Positions 30,117 to 41,405 of a stretch of 56,039 nt of DNA are shown in pieces. The DNA is from Nitrospira sp. (GTDB lineage: Bacteria > Nitrospirota > Nitrospiria > Nitrospirales > Nitrospiraceae): positions 1-56,039 of the forward strand of contig JANDJG010000003.1 in NCBI GenBank assembly GCA_024331085.1, in the 5' to 3' direction. The notes beneath the pieces are model-generated. The model saw only the letters and a program-made list of their open reading frames with translations. It made no database searches and had not been told where the DNA came from. The position numbers and the translations under genes were made by a program. The first letter of the stretch is position 1. Every line of letters starts with the position of its first letter.

Positions 30117-31931
30117 ATGAATTCCAGAGTCAAGAACTTGCTCTTCTGGGTTGTCGTCGGCTTGTTCATGATTCTGCTCTTTAATTTGTTCAGCGTGCCG
30201 ACCCATGCGCCCGAAGAAGAGGTCATTTTTAGCGATTTCATGGCGAAGCTCGACAAGGGCGACTTTGAAAAGGTCATCATCAAAGGCAATCACATCAGTG
30301 GAGTGCTCAAAGATAAAACCAGAATTCGGACGTACGCGGCCGAATACCCCGATATGATCAAGACACTTCGCGAGAAGGATGTCCAGATCGAGGTCAAACC
30401 GCCTGAGGAAAGCCCTTGGTACATTACGTTTCTCATTACATGGGGACCGTTTATCTTATTCCTCGCGCTCTGGTTCTTTCTTATGCGACAGATGCAGATC
30501 GGGGGGAATAAAGCCCTCTCGTTCGGCAAGAGTCGGGCACGGATGTTGACTGAAGATCGGAAGAAAGTGACCTTCGCCGACGTTGCGGGAATCGACGAGG
30601 CAAAAGAAGAGGTCCTGGAGATCATTGATTTTCTCAAAGATCCTCGAAAGTTCCAGAAATTGGGCGGACGTATTCCAAAGGGAGTCTTGGTGGTCGGTCC
30701 CCCTGGAACGGGAAAGACATTGCTCGCAAAAGCGATTGCCGGAGAAGCGGGGGTGCCGTTTTTCAGCATCAGCGGCTCGGATTTCGTCGAGATGTTCGTG
30801 GGAGTCGGAGCTTCCCGTGTTCGAGATCTGTTTGAGCAAGGCAAAAAACACGCGCCCTGCATCATTTTCATTGATGAGATCGATGCCGTCGGTCGCCTAC
30901 GAGGTGCCGGGTTGGGAGGAGGACACGACGAACGGGAGCAGACACTCAACCAACTCCTGGTCGAAATGGATGGGTTTGATACGACGGAGGGCATCATTTT
31001 GGTGGCTGCGACGAACCGTCCGGACGTGCTGGACCCAGCCTTGTTGCGGCCTGGACGCTTTGATCGTCAAGTTGTCGTGAATCGTCCGGACGTAAGGGGG
31101 CGATCCGAAATATTAAAAGTCCATACGAAGAAAGTACCCATAGCGGCCAACGTCGAGCTTGAAAAGATCGCCCGTGGAACCCCTGGTTTTTCCGGAGCAG
31201 ACCTTGAAAATTTGGTGAATGAAGCAGCGCTGTGGGCCGCCCGTCAAAACAAGAAAGAAGTCGAGACCGTGGATTTTGAAATGGCGAAGGACAAGGTCTT
31301 GATGGGCGCCGAGCGCAAGAGCATGATTTTGACCGACGAAGAGAAACGGGTCACGGCTTATCATGAAGCAGGTCATGCCCTGATGGCCAAGTTGCTGCCG
31401 GGCACGGATCCTGTGCATAAAGTGACCATCATTCCCCGCGGACGTGCCCTGGGTCTGACGATGCAATTGCCGACCGATGATCGACACAGTTATTCAAAAG
31501 AGTTTCTGTACAACACTCTGGCGATTCTTATGGGCGGCCGGGTGGCGGAAGAGCTGGTGTTTAAGCACGTAACGACCGGGGCAGGCAATGACTTGGAACG
31601 TGCGACGGACTTGGCTCGCAAGATGGTCTGCGAGTGGGGGATGAGCGAAAAGCTCGGACCGTTGACGTTCGGGCAAAAAGAAGACGCCGTTTTCCTCGGT
31701 CGTGACTTTGTGGCGAAACGAGACGTCAGCGATCAAATAGCCCTGGAGATCGATCTGGAGATCAAGCGATTTGTGACGGAAAACTATGATCGCGCCAAAC
31801 GCATATTAAGCGAACAGATGGCCACCTTGAAGGCGTTGGCCGAGGCGTTGCTCGAAAAAGAAGTCCTGGATGCTCCTGAGATCGATCAGATTCTCATGCA
31901 GACGTCTTCTCATCAGACAGTTCCTGCTTGA
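30117..31931 (+). CDS. ftsH: ATP-dependent zinc metalloprotease FtsH
   Basis: Two TM segments, [23 protein letters not shown]. Confidence 0.98.
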   Translation: MNSRVKNLLFWVVVGLFMILLFNLFSVPTHAPEEEVIFSDFMAKLDKGDFEKVIIKGNHISGVLKDKTRIRTYAAEYPDMIKTLREKDVQIEVKPPEESPWYITFLITWGPFILFLALWFFLMRQMQIGGNKALSFGKSRARMLTEDRKKVTFADVAGIDEAKEEVLEIIDFLKDPRKFQKLGGRIPKGVLVVGPPGTGKTLLAKAIAGEAGVPFFSISGSDFVEMFVGVGASRVRDLFEQGKKHAPCIIFIDEIDAVGRLRGAGLGGGHDEREQTLNQLLVEMDGFDTTEGIILVAATNRPDVLDPALLRPGRFDRQVVVNRPDVRGRSEILKVHTKKVPIAANVELEKIARGTPGFSGADLENLVNEAALWAARQNKKEVETVDFEMAKDKVLMGAERKSMILTDEEKRVTAYHEAGHALMAKLLPGTDPVHKVTIIPRGRALGLTMQLPTDDRHSYSKEFLYNTLAILMGGRVAEELVFKHVTTGAGNDLERATDLARKMVCEWGMSEKLGPLTFGQKEDAVFLGRDFVAKRDVSDQIALEIDLEIKRFVTENYDRAKRILSEQMATLKALAEALLEKEVLDAPEIDQILMQTSSHQTVPA

Positions 31932-31975
31932 TTTTCGGCGTGCTCAATATCTTTTCAAGGTGTTCAACTTGCCAG

Positions 31976-32019
31976 GGGAGGTTGTGGGACCTCGAATCTT
32001 CCGCAACCTCCCATTTTTC
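31976..32019 (+). terminator. Probable terminator after ftsH
   Basis: GGGAGGTTGTGG...CCGCAACCTCCC stem followed by ATTTTT. Confidence 0.6.
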
Positions 32020-32133
32020 TTCCAACCCCGCCACAATACACCACGGCCTTCGCAATTCCCGATAAAGCGGTTCATCGTCCCTATTTCGGAGCAGCCCTTT
32101 TCTCATCAGTCGAGCCGATGGAGGTGAAGGGGG

Positions 32134-33021
32134 ATGGAGTCGTCGGAGCCTCTCTCTTCTCACAGCCGGCTTTTGGTGAGGGGGCGTCTCATTGCACGGT
32201 GCGAGCGGCCCCTTATCATGGGAGTGGTGAATGTCACCCCCGATTCGTTTTATGACGGAGGCCGGCATATTGAGCCAGAACGGGCCGTCGCGCATGCGTT
32301 GGAGTTGGTAGAGCAGGGTGCCGACATTCTGGACGTCGGCGCTGAATCGACCAGGCCCGGCGCGACGCCGGTCGGTGAAGAAGAAGAGCGAACGCGCCTG
32401 CTTCCCGTGGTGGCTGAATTGGCTCGTCGGGTTACGGTTCCGATTTCTGTGGACACGACCAAGTCCATGGTCGCGCAGGCCGCTTTGGACGTCGGCGCTT
32501 CCATCGTCAATGACGTCAGTGCGTTGCGATTCGATTCTCGGATGGCGTCGGTCGTGGCGCGATCCGGAGCCGGGGTGGTCCTTATGCACATGCAGGGCAC
32601 TCCTCTGACGATGCAACAGGATCCGTGCTACCGTGACGTCGTCGATGACGTCGTTCAATTTCTGGAAGAACGCATGCAAGCGGCCATGGAAGCGGGAATC
32701 TCGAAACTCAACATCATGCTTGATCCGGGCATCGGTTTTGGTAAGCTGCTGGAACACAACCTTGAACTTCTGAACCGATTGGGTGAGTTGATGAAACTCG
32801 ATCGCCCGCTCGTCGTGGGACCCTCGCGCAAATCGTTTATCGGCCGACTCATCGGTCGATCGGCTGAACATCGTGAGTGGGGCACGGCTGCGGCGGTCGC
32901 GCTCGCCGTCGATCGGGGCGCTCGCATTCTTCGGGTTCATGATGTGGCGATGATGGCCGACGTCGTCAAGGTGGCGGCGGCCATCGCGTCTCGGAAGGCT
33001 TCAAACCGGGTAGGTGCATGA
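32134..33021 (+). CDS. folP: Dihydropteroate synthase
   Basis: [40 protein letters not shown]. Confidence 0.97.
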   Translation: MESSEPLSSHSRLLVRGRLIARCERPLIMGVVNVTPDSFYDGGRHIEPERAVAHALELVEQGADILDVGAESTRPGATPVGEEEERTRLLPVVAELARRVTVPISVDTTKSMVAQAALDVGASIVNDVSALRFDSRMASVVARSGAGVVLMHMQGTPLTMQQDPCYRDVVDDVVQFLEERMQAAMEAGISKLNIMLDPGIGFGKLLEHNLELLNRLGELMKLDRPLVVGPSRKSFIGRLIGRSAEHREWGTAAAVALAVDRGARILRVHDVAMMADVVKVAAAIASRKASNRVGA

Positions 33022-34370
33022 TGCGCAAATTGTTTGGAACCGACGGAGTTCGGGGGGTGGCCAATCTCCATCCGATGACCAGCGAAATGGCCATGCAGTT
33101 GGGGCGGGCGGCCGCTCATATTTTCATGAGGCGGGCGGGGCGCCATCAAATCGTGATCGGCAAAGACACGCGGCTGTCCGGCTATATGCTCGAATCCGCT
33201 TTAACGTCCGGCATCTGTTCCATGGGAGTCGACGTGCTCTTGGTCGGGCCGATGCCGACCCCGGCCATCGCGTTTCTCACGCGCAGCTTGCGAGCCGACG
33301 CGGGAGTCGTCATTTCCGCCTCGCACAACCCCTATCAAGATAACGGCATCAAATTTTTTTCGAGCGACGGGTTGAAGTTGCCCGATGAAGTGGAGGCTCG
33401 AATCGAACAGCTCATCGTTTCGGATGAGATTTGCCATCTCCGCCCGACCGCCGATCAGATCGGGAAGGCCTATCGCATCGACGACGCAGACGGGCGATAT
33501 ATCGAGTTCGTCAAACGGTCGGTTCCGCGCGATCTTGATTTTCAAGGCATCAAATTGGTCGTGGACTGCGCCAACGGCGCCGCGTACAAGGTGGCGCCGA
33601 CGGTGCTCAGGGAATTGGGCGCCAAGGTCGAGGTGATCGGCAATCAACCCAACGGCATGAACATCAACGCGGAGTGCGGCGCTGTTCATCCTCAGACGCT
33701 TCAGAAGGCCGTGTTGGAGACTCGGGCGGATCTTGGCATCGCGCTGGACGGCGACGCGGATCGGGGGATCTTCGTTTCGGAACAGGGGCAAGTCATCGAC
33801 GGCGACCACGTCATGGCCGCCTTGGGGCTTGATCTCCATCGCCAAGGATTATTGGCCAAACGGACCGTCGTCGGCACGGTCATGAGCAACTACGGGCTGG
33901 AACGTTCGCTGTCGAAAGCCGGCGTGACGCTGGTGCGCACGCCGGTGGGTGATCGCTATTTGTTGGAGCGGATGCAGGCGGACGGCTATAATTTCGGCGG
34001 CGAGCAATCCGGCCATTTCATTTTTCTCGACCACAATACGACCGGAGACGGTTTGATTTCGGCGTTGCAAGTGCTGTCTCTTATGAAAAGGACGAAGCAG
34101 CCCTTGTCGGAATTGGCCAGGGTGATGGAGCCGGTTCCGCAAATTCTTCGCAACGTCGAGGTGGCGAGGAAACCGGATCTTGAATCGATTCCCGAAATCC
34201 AGCAGACCATGCGAGAAAGCGAACGGCGGCTGAACGGTTGCGGACGACTCTTGGTTCGATATTCAGGAACCGAGCCGTTGCTGCGGATTATGGTCGAGGG
34301 CGAGGAAGATGCCCTGATTCGGGAAATCGCCGAGGATTTGGCTCGCGTCGTGCACCGACATCTCGCATAA
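33018..34370 (+). CDS. glmM: Phosphoglucosamine mutase
   Basis: [34 protein letters not shown]. Confidence 0.97.
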   Translation: MMRKLFGTDGVRGVANLHPMTSEMAMQLGRAAAHIFMRRAGRHQIVIGKDTRLSGYMLESALTSGICSMGVDVLLVGPMPTPAIAFLTRSLRADAGVVISASHNPYQDNGIKFFSSDGLKLPDEVEARIEQLIVSDEICHLRPTADQIGKAYRIDDADGRYIEFVKRSVPRDLDFQGIKLVVDCANGAAYKVAPTVLRELGAKVEVIGNQPNGMNINAECGAVHPQTLQKAVLETRADLGIALDGDADRGIFVSEQGQVIDGDHVMAALGLDLHRQGLLAKRTVVGTVMSNYGLERSLSKAGVTLVRTPVGDRYLLERMQADGYNFGGEQSGHFIFLDHNTTGDGLISALQVLSLMKRTKQPLSELARVMEPVPQILRNVEVARKPDLESIPEIQQTMRESERRLNGCGRLLVRYSGTEPLLRIMVEGEEDALIREIAEDLARVVHRHLA

Positions 34371-34395
34371 GCCGTGGTTTTTTCGTGAGGGGCCC

Positions 34396-36936
34396 ATGCT
34401 GCCGTCCCTCGCCGTCGCATTTCTTCTAGGGCTGGTCTGCGGATCGTATTTTCCGTTTTTCCCCCTTTCGATTTGTCTCTTCCTGGCAGGAGTGGCCGTC
34501 GGAGCCGGTCTGCTCGAACGGGCCGGTTTGACCGAACCGCGACGCGCAACGGTTCTTTACGGTTCACTGCTTGCCGGGGTGTTGTATTGGATCGTTGCGA
34601 CTCCATTTCCTCAGCCTGAATCGTCTCGCGACCACCTGATTTCTCCTCGCACCACTGTCGTCGGTCGAATCGTGGCGCCGGTCCAGCACGGCCCAGGCCG
34701 CCGGATCCTCCTGGTTCGCCTTGAGGAGCCGGACTCAGGAGCACGAATCGTGCGCCTGGTTTGGCGGGACCCTGGTCAGGCCGTGCTCTATGGCGACTTG
34801 ATCTCATTTCGGGCGAAGCTTCGCCGGCCGACGGCACTCTTGAATCCCGGCGGGTTCGACTATGCCGCCTATTTGAACCATCAGGGAATCGACGTGACGG
34901 CGTCTGTCAACGGCGTGGAGGCCGTTCGGCTTTTGGAATCCGGCGCGGAGACGCGGCGCTGGTTTGCAGGCAATCGGATCGACCGATGGAGATCGACGAT
35001 CAGGCAAGCGGCGGTGTCGTCCTTGGCTCAGCCGGCGCTCGGGATTTTTCTCGGCATCATCATCGGGGAGCGGGGCTACCTTGAGCAGGATCTTCAGGAA
35101 TGGTTCATGACGACGGGCACGGTGCATCTCTTGTCGATTTCCGGGTCGCATTTGGGGCTGGTCGCGCTGGTCGTCTTTTGGATCGTCAAACAGGGTGTGA
35201 AACGCCTTCCCTTGGCCCTCTTGCTTCATCTGTCCCGCGTCATCACTCCATCGCGAGCGGCGATTCTGGTCACGTGGCCGATCGTAGCGCTCTACGCCTG
35301 GTTGGCCGGAGCCGAACTGGCGACGATTCGCTCATTGGTGATGATAACGCTGGGCATGATCGCCTTGTGGTTGGGATATGAACGCCGCCTGTATCACGCG
35401 GCGGCTGCCGCAGCTCTGCTGATCGTGTTGCACAACCCGCATGCGATCTACGACATCTCGTTTCAGCTCTCCTTCGTGTCGGTGTTGATGATCGTTCAAT
35501 TACTGGCCTGGATGGAGTCCAAGCCGGACAACGAAGCCGACGGTTCGCAACCCCTCATGCGTCAAGCCGTCCGCTACAGCCGCGATGCGTTGGTCACGAG
35601 CACGGTGGTGACCGTGGGGACGGCGCCGCTTGTCGCCCTGTATTTTAATCAAATCCCTTGGATGGGGGTCGTGACCAATCTCGCGGCGGTTCCGTTTACG
35701 GGGGGGCTGCTGGTTCCGCTGGGATTGCTTGCCGCGGCAGGGACGGTCGTCGCCGATACCGGCGGACTTGTCATGGGCGGGGTGTTGGAACCGTTGCTCG
35801 ATGGGTTGGCGCAGGCGCTCCGTTGGTGCGCCGACATTCCCGGAGGAGCATGGCATATAGCCGCTCCTTCGACGGTGTCGATGATCGTTTTCTACGCCGC
35901 GCTTGCCTCGGCTGTTGCAAGGTCGATGTCCCGTTCTCTTCGATTCATGGCGGCGACTCTCGTGGTTCTGACGATCGGATGGTGGGGGTTGTCGCCTCGC
36001 CTGGGAATAGACGGGGATCGTTGGCGCGTGACGTTCCTCGACGTCGGCCAGGGAGACAGCGCCGTGATTGAATTGCCGGATGGACAGACGGTCTTGATCG
36101 ACGGCGGCGTCAGGCACGAGCGGTTTGACATGGGGCGAGCCGTCGTGGCGCCGTTCCTCTGGAACAGAGGCATCGGCCATATCGACCATGTCGTGGCGAC
36201 CCATCAACAGCTTGATCACGTCGGAGGACTGATTTGGGTGCTCCGCCATATGCCGGTCGGACGGTATTGGCACAATGGAATCGAGCGGTCGGAGCAGTTC
36301 GTCGCCGACTTAACGGCCGCATTGGACGAAAAACGGGTTCCCAAATCCCTTGCGGCTCGCGGGCAAGATCTGGTGCGGTCAGGATTCTGTACATTGACGG
36401 CTCTCAATCCGAGTCATGAGGCGTCGAATCAGGGAGTGCAAGAGACCGGAACAATGCGGCAGGATGGGACGTTTTTGAACAACCGGTCCATCGTCTTACG
36501 GTTTGCGTGCGGGACGCAGTCGCTGTTGTTTGCCGCTGATCTTGAAAGGGCGGGTATTCGGCGGTTGGGTGAAGAGGGACGACAGCCGGTGACGGTAGTG
36601 AAAGTGCCCCATCACGGGGCGCGCAGCTCGCTTGATCGGGACTGGATCAAGCAGATTCAACCTCGGTATGCGGTCATCTCGGCCGGTCGAGGCAACGTCT
36701 ATGGCCATCCGGTGGCCGATGTCCTGCAAGCCTATGCCGACGTGCAGGCGTCGGTGTTGCGGACCGATCGGGATGGAGCCGTCTGGATCGAGGGCCGGCT
36801 GTCGTCATCCGACCTGACCGTGGTCCGTATGAGAGATCGGCTGATCAATCCCCTGTCCTGGCGCCGTTGTCTGTCGGAATGTGAGCGAGAAAATTGGCGT
36901 CGGGCTTGGATGCAATGGCGAGATCGTTGGAGCTGA
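34396..36936 (+). CDS. comEC: DNA-uptake channel ComEC/Rec2
   Basis: NPGGFDY, HLLSISG.H, FQLSF, FLDVGQGD, KVPHHG, YGHP. Confidence 0.95.
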   Translation: MLPSLAVAFLLGLVCGSYFPFFPLSICLFLAGVAVGAGLLERAGLTEPRRATVLYGSLLAGVLYWIVATPFPQPESSRDHLISPRTTVVGRIVAPVQHGPGRRILLVRLEEPDSGARIVRLVWRDPGQAVLYGDLISFRAKLRRPTALLNPGGFDYAAYLNHQGIDVTASVNGVEAVRLLESGAETRRWFAGNRIDRWRSTIRQAAVSSLAQPALGIFLGIIIGERGYLEQDLQEWFMTTGTVHLLSISGSHLGLVALVVFWIVKQGVKRLPLALLLHLSRVITPSRAAILVTWPIVALYAWLAGAELATIRSLVMITLGMIALWLGYERRLYHAAAAAALLIVLHNPHAIYDISFQLSFVSVLMIVQLLAWMESKPDNEADGSQPLMRQAVRYSRDALVTSTVVTVGTAPLVALYFNQIPWMGVVTNLAAVPFTGGLLVPLGLLAAAGTVVADTGGLVMGGVLEPLLDGLAQALRWCADIPGGAWHIAAPSTVSMIVFYAALASAVARSMSRSLRFMAATLVVLTIGWWGLSPRLGIDGDRWRVTFLDVGQGDSAVIELPDGQTVLIDGGVRHERFDMGRAVVAPFLWNRGIGHIDHVVATHQQLDHVGGLIWVLRHMPVGRYWHNGIERSEQFVADLTAALDEKRVPKSLAARGQDLVRSGFCTLTALNPSHEASNQGVQETGTMRQDGTFLNNRSIVLRFACGTQSLLFAADLERAGIRRLGEEGRQPVTVVKVPHHGARSSLDRDWIKQIQPRYAVISAGRGNVYGHPVADVLQAYADVQASVLRTDRDGAVWIEGRLSSSDLTVVRMRDRLINPLSWRRCLSECERENWRRAWMQWRDRWS

Positions 36937-37028
36937 TGGAGCCGGATCGTTCATAACACCGAGGGAGTTTCTCGGCCGGATGAGAGGGGGCTTGTACTCC
37001 CGCGTGATTCCGGTTAGAAGATCCGTCC

Positions 37029-38060
37029 ATGGTTCGCACGGTTGAATGGTCAAACGGGATCGTCCGGCTGTTGGATCAGAGTCGCCTGCCGGAATCCGTT
37101 GAGTTTTTGGATTGCCGGGATTACCGCGAGGTCGCCGATTCCATCCGTAGCCTGAAGGTCCGTGGCGCTCCCGCCATCGGTGTGACGGCGGCATTGGGGA
37201 TCGCCCAAGGGGCGCAGGCCGTGGAGGGGAGGGACTATGAATCGTTTGTCGGCGCAGTGAACCGCATTTGCGACTGTTTGGCCGCGACGAGGCCGACCGC
37301 CGTGAATCTCTTCTGGGCGATCGATCGAATGAAGCGGACCATTCAATCGCTGGAGGGCCGACCGATCACGGTGATCAAGCAAGCCTTGATCGATGAAGCG
37401 TTGGCGATCCTTGAAGAAGACATTCAACTGTGCCGGGCGATGGGGCGGCATGGAGCGGAACTCATCCAAGACGGCCAAACCGTCTTGACCCATTGCAACG
37501 CCGGGGCGCTCGCGACGGCCGGCTATGGAACCGCGCTGGGCGTGATCCGCGCCGCATGGGAACAGGGCAAGAAGATCGCCGTCGTTGCGGATGAAACCAG
37601 GCCGGTCCTCCAAGGAGCGCGGTTGACCGCGTGGGAATTGATGCAGGATCGGATTCCCGTGACCCTCATTACGGACAACATGGCCGGCGCCCTCATGAGA
37701 CAGGGGAAGATCGACTTGTGCGTGGTAGGGGCTGACCGTATCGCGGCAAACGGCGATGTAGCCAACAAGATCGGAACCTATTCGGTCGCCGTGTTGGCCA
37801 AAGCCCATGGCATTCCCTTCTACGTGGCGGCTCCCTATTCGACCATCGACATGAAGACGAAATCAGGAGCCGACATTCCGATCGAACAGCGCGATCCATC
37901 CGAAGTCATTACCGTCCACGGCAGCCGCTCCATCGCCCCGAAAGGAGTCTCGGTCTATAATCCAGCCTTCGATGTGACTCCTGCGGAGTTCATCACCGCG
38001 ATCATCACCGAACGAGGCGTTTTCAAGCCGAACGAACTGGCCATGCAGTTTCCGTCGTAA
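37029..38060 (+). CDS. mtnA: S-methyl-5-thioribose-1-phosphate isomerase
   Basis: [44 protein letters not shown]. Confidence 0.96.
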   Translation: MVRTVEWSNGIVRLLDQSRLPESVEFLDCRDYREVADSIRSLKVRGAPAIGVTAALGIAQGAQAVEGRDYESFVGAVNRICDCLAATRPTAVNLFWAIDRMKRTIQSLEGRPITVIKQALIDEALAILEEDIQLCRAMGRHGAELIQDGQTVLTHCNAGALATAGYGTALGVIRAAWEQGKKIAVVADETRPVLQGARLTAWELMQDRIPVTLITDNMAGALMRQGKIDLCVVGADRIAANGDVANKIGTYSVAVLAKAHGIPFYVAAPYSTIDMKTKSGADIPIEQRDPSEVITVHGSRSIAPKGVSVYNPAFDVTPAEFITAIITERGVFKPNELAMQFPS

Positions 38061-38142
38061 GAACACCAGCAGGGCGAACTGGCGGAGCCTTGACAGGGCT
38101 TGGGCAACCGACCAGGATTTTTTTAAGGTGTGGAGGTCGAGG

Positions 38143-38314
38143 GTTGACTACGAGAACTACATCGTACGTGACAAGGCTCTCTGCGGGTGAGAGCCTGTTG
38201 TAAAAGGAACGCGGGTCACCGTCCGCACGGTTCTTGACCGTCCAAAAGATTCTTGACGATTTTCCAACTCTGACTGAACGGGCGGTGCGCGCCATTATCG
38301 CTTTTGCCGCATGA
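38143..38314 (+). pseudogene. DUF433-family antitoxin relic
   Basis: After a GGAGG RBS it reads DYENYIVRDKALCG*EPVVKGTRVTVRTVL, then frameshifts to TVQKILDDFPTLTERAVRAIIAFAA; lost start, in-frame TGA and a frameshift. Confidence 0.75.
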
Positions 38315-38450
38315 GGCGGTGTGGGCTCTCAAGCAGTGAAGCGGTTCTTCATGACGCAAGACCTGAACTTTTCGAATATTCACGGTTTTACGCCAGGAAT
38401 GTACGAAGGACTGATGCTGGTACGGCTGCGAGCACCAGGTCGTGCTGCTC
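38310..38450 (+). pseudogene. DUF5615 PIN-like toxin fragment
   Basis: ..EAVWA / QAVKRFFMTQDLNFS...TPGMYEGLMLVRLRAPGR resembles the DUF5615 core; both ends missing; follows DUF433 as in the usual pair. Confidence 0.65.
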
Positions 38451-38492
38451 GGGCCCGTCGAATTCACGGACTCGACTATCGACACTCCTGCG

Positions 38493-38907
38493 GTAGGCGT
38501 GTTTGCCACCGCCGTCAGCGCGCCGCCGCTCAGCCAGGCGGCGGATAACTCCTCGCTCTATGAACGGCTCGGGGGCACGGGCCCCATCACGGCCGTCATA
38601 GGCAAATTCGTTACCATCGTGGAGGGGGACAAGCGCATCAACGGCTGCTTTGCGAAGGCCGATGGCCCACGTCTCAAGCGCCAGTTGGTGGACATGGTCT
38701 GCCAGGTCAGCGGCGGCCCCTGCAACCTACACGGGGCAGGATATGAAAACAGCCCACAAGGGCATGAAGATCACGACGGAGGCCTTCACAGCCTTGGTCG
38801 GGGATCTGGTCGAGGCGCTGGACACCTTCATCGTCCCGGAGCAAGAGAAGGGCGAATTGCTGAGCGTCTTGGGCCCGATGCAGAAGGATATCGTCGAGGT
38901 CCCATAA
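38493..38907 (+). pseudogene. Group I truncated hemoglobin (trHbN-like), frameshifted and 5'-truncated
   Basis: SLYERLGG..I.AV..KF...D.RI...F..GGPC, then +1 A at ~38724, then YTG.DMKTAHKGMKIT..AF.ALV.DL..AL. Confidence 0.85.
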
Positions 38908-38983
38908 GCCTGCCAGGTGGCACTTGCCACACGAGTACCAATACGCGGCTGGTCGCAACAAGGCCGGCCGCGTGACTTGTTAG

Positions 38984-39978
38984 CCCAGATAATTCACGAC
39001 TGGCGCATAAAAAATCCACCGAAGCTCCAAAATCCGGCGAAGCGGGGTGCGGCCGGCCTCCTGCGGACGTTGTGTCGCCGCCTGTGTCGCCACTTCCCCG
39101 GCGCGACGCTCCGGGTCCGGGTCGATGGCGGCTTTACTGGCCACGACTGGCTCGACATGTGGGAGCGGCAGCAGGTCAAATATGGGGTGGGGCTGGCCAG
39201 CAACGCCCGGCTGGTACGGCGGGCGGGGCGCTTGTTGGGAGAAGCCCACGGGTTGTCCACGTTAGTGGCCGCCCCGAGCATGTCTACGGTGACCCCCTGT
39301 ACGCGGCCCGGAGGTGGTCCCATCGGCGACGGGTGATCATCAAGGCGGAAGTCATCCGGCTGCCCAGGCGGGAGCCCTCCTGCAATCCGCGCTTCGTGGT
39401 GACGAATCTGCCGGGCACACCCGCGGTCGTCTCTCAGCTCTACTGCCAGCGGGGCGACGTGGAGAACCGGCTCAAGGAGTTGCATGACGGGGTAGGGCTG
39501 GACCGGACGAGTTGCTCGCGGTTCTGGGCGAACCAATTCCGCGTGCTGCTGACGGCGGCGGCCTACGTGCTACTGCAGGAGTTGCGGCGTCGCGCTGTCG
39601 GGACTACCCGTGCCACAGCCCAAGTCTCCACGCTGCGCGAACGGTTGTTGAGGCTGGCGGTGTGGGGGAAAGGATCCGTGCATCGGCTCGTGCTGCATCT
39701 GCCGCGCTTTGCGCCGTGAGGCGTCGCCTGGCGCCGGGTGGCGAGAGCGGTCGGCGCAGTTCCCGGCTAACACCGGTCGCGGCGAAGTGGCAAAAGGAGT
39801 GCTCATGTTGGGCGAAGAGAGAGGGCAAAAGCCTCGTAGGGGATTCATGAAGCGCTCCAACGGCCGAACAGAGGAGAGAGGTCATCGTGATGAGGCCGAG
39901 CCCCCACCACTCACAGACTCGGACATCCCCAAGAGGCTGTTTCAACCGCTCTGTTGCAGTCATCATGAATAATCCTGG
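38984..39978 (+). mobile_element. IS1380-family element, internally deleted, with frameshifted transposase
   Basis: Transposase motifs RVDGGF, NPRFVVTNL, YCQRGDVENRLKE, DRTSC.RFWANQFR, TLRERLL; imperfect inverted ends TTAGCCCAGATAATTCACGA (38980) vs reverse complement TTAGCCAGGATTATTCATGA (ending 39982), 16/20 match. Confidence 0.85.
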
Positions 39979-39986
39979 CTAAATGG

Positions 39987-40022
39987 TTGCTTTTCTGGTC
40001 ACCTATGACTATCATGTGACCA
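39987..40022 (+). promoter_or_regulatory. vapBC promoter/operator (probably leaderless)
   Basis: TTGCTT-17-TATCAT, ATG 7 nt after the -10, inverted repeat TGGTCAC/GTGACCA straddling the -10. Confidence 0.6.
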
Positions 40023-40285
40023 TGATTGGAGTACGGGTGGCAGATTTAAAGAGCAGGTTGAGCGAGCATCTCCGCAAGGTGCGCGCAGGACGATCGGTGA
40101 CAGTGCTCGACCGGAATACTCCGATTGCGCGGATTGTTCCCTATGAGGAAGAGGGACTCTCGTTGATGGTGCGGGCTCCGTTGCCTGGAGCCCCGTCGCT
40201 CAAGCAGATTCAATTGCCGCCGCCCCTGCATCTTCGCCGCGACATTGTGGCGTTGCTTCTGGAGGAGCGCCAAGGAGAGCGGTGA
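40022..40285 (+). CDS. Phd/YefM-family antitoxin
   Basis: VRVADLKSRLSEHLRKVRAGRSVTVLDRNTPIARIVP; overlaps the toxin start (GTGA). Confidence 0.9.
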   Translation: MIGVRVADLKSRLSEHLRKVRAGRSVTVLDRNTPIARIVPYEEEGLSLMVRAPLPGAPSLKQIQLPPPLHLRRDIVALLLEERQGER

Positions 40286-40704
40286 TCGCCTATCTCGATT
40301 CCTCGACAATACTCAGAATCATCCTAGGCCAGAACAACGCACTTAAGGAGTGGCGATCGATCACTCAAGGGGTCGTCTCTGTTTTGGTGGAGGTTGAGTG
40401 TTTGCGCACGTTAGACCGTTTGCGGCTGGCTGAGGGATTGAACGATGACGAGATCGCCATCAGACGAGAGGCCGTGTTTCGATTACTGGAGGCTGTCGTA
40501 TGTGTTGAGCTGACAAGGCCGGTGCTGGCGAGAGCGTCGCAACCGTTGCCGACAGCACTCGGCACTTTGGACGCGATCCATTTGGCGACTGCGCTGCTCT
40601 GGAAAGAGCGGTGTGCGACGGACCTTGTAATGGCCACGCACGACGATGCATTGGCGCTGGCTGCGCGGGCCAGCGGGATGCGTGTGGTGGGGATATCTTG
40701 CTGA
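40282..40704 (+). CDS. vapC: VapC-family PIN toxin
   Basis: YLDSS, VE..R, LGTLDAIHLATA, ATHD..L. Confidence 0.9.
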   Translation: MIAYLDSSTILRIILGQNNALKEWRSITQGVVSVLVEVECLRTLDRLRLAEGLNDDEIAIRREAVFRLLEAVVCVELTRPVLARASQPLPTALGTLDAIHLATALLWKERCATDLVMATHDDALALAARASGMRVVGISC

Positions 40705-40807
40705 TGTGAGCCATCCGATCCAGTTGCAAGCCTATTTCATTTCCACTTAGAATGCGTCCGCACTGGATGATTTCTTTCTTTACCTGTTTGGAGGAACCGT
40801 AGGGACT

Positions 40808-41227
40808 ATGAGTGAACGAACGTTAGCGATCGTCAAACCGGATGCCGTGAGAAAAAACGTGATCGGGGACATTATCAACCGCTATGAAAAAGCCGGCTTA
40901 ACGCCGGTCGCGATGAAGATGATCCACATGTCGAAGCCGGTCGCGGAAGGGTTTTACGCCGTGCATAAGGCGCGGCCGTTCTTTGACAGCCTGTGCACAT
41001 TCATGTCGTCGGGGCCGGCGGTCGTGCTGGTGCTGCAAGGCGACAACGCGATCAAAAAAAATCGGGAGCTGATGGGCGCGACGGACCCCGCCAAGGCCGA
41101 GCCGGGAACCATTCGGCATACCCACGGCACGAACATCGAGTTCAACGCCGTCCACGGATCGGACTCTCCTGAAACGGCGAACTTCGAGATCGGATATTTT
41201 TTCCCGGGCATGGAAATTTTCGGATGA
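40808..41227 (+). CDS. ndk: Nucleoside diphosphate kinase
   Basis: [25 protein letters not shown]. Confidence 0.98.
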   Translation: MSERTLAIVKPDAVRKNVIGDIINRYEKAGLTPVAMKMIHMSKPVAEGFYAVHKARPFFDSLCTFMSSGPAVVLVLQGDNAIKKNRELMGATDPAKAEPGTIRHTHGTNIEFNAVHGSDSPETANFEIGYFFPGMEIFG

Positions 41228-41271
41228 TCCATCAAGAGATTCATCGGCCTTCAAGTCGATCGCTCTCTTTC

Positions 41272-41301
41272 TTGACAAAACCCAGCCGGTCCCACTACGA
41301 T
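41272..41301 (+). promoter_or_regulatory. Putative sigma70 promoter for gcvH-lpdA
   Basis: TTGACA-18 nt-TACGAT. Confidence 0.5.
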
Positions 41302-41405
41302 CCGCGATCGTCACGGGCAGAAATTCGAACACAGGACCGGCAAGGGGAAGAAGCGCACCGCGACGTTCCGACCCGTTTTACCAACCGTTTCACCGTGGGG
41401 CATCG

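Noticed and set aside
41302-41405. Possible glycine riboswitch upstream of gcvH
   Set aside because: Lacks the GGAGA...CCGAAG...CTCTCAGG core.
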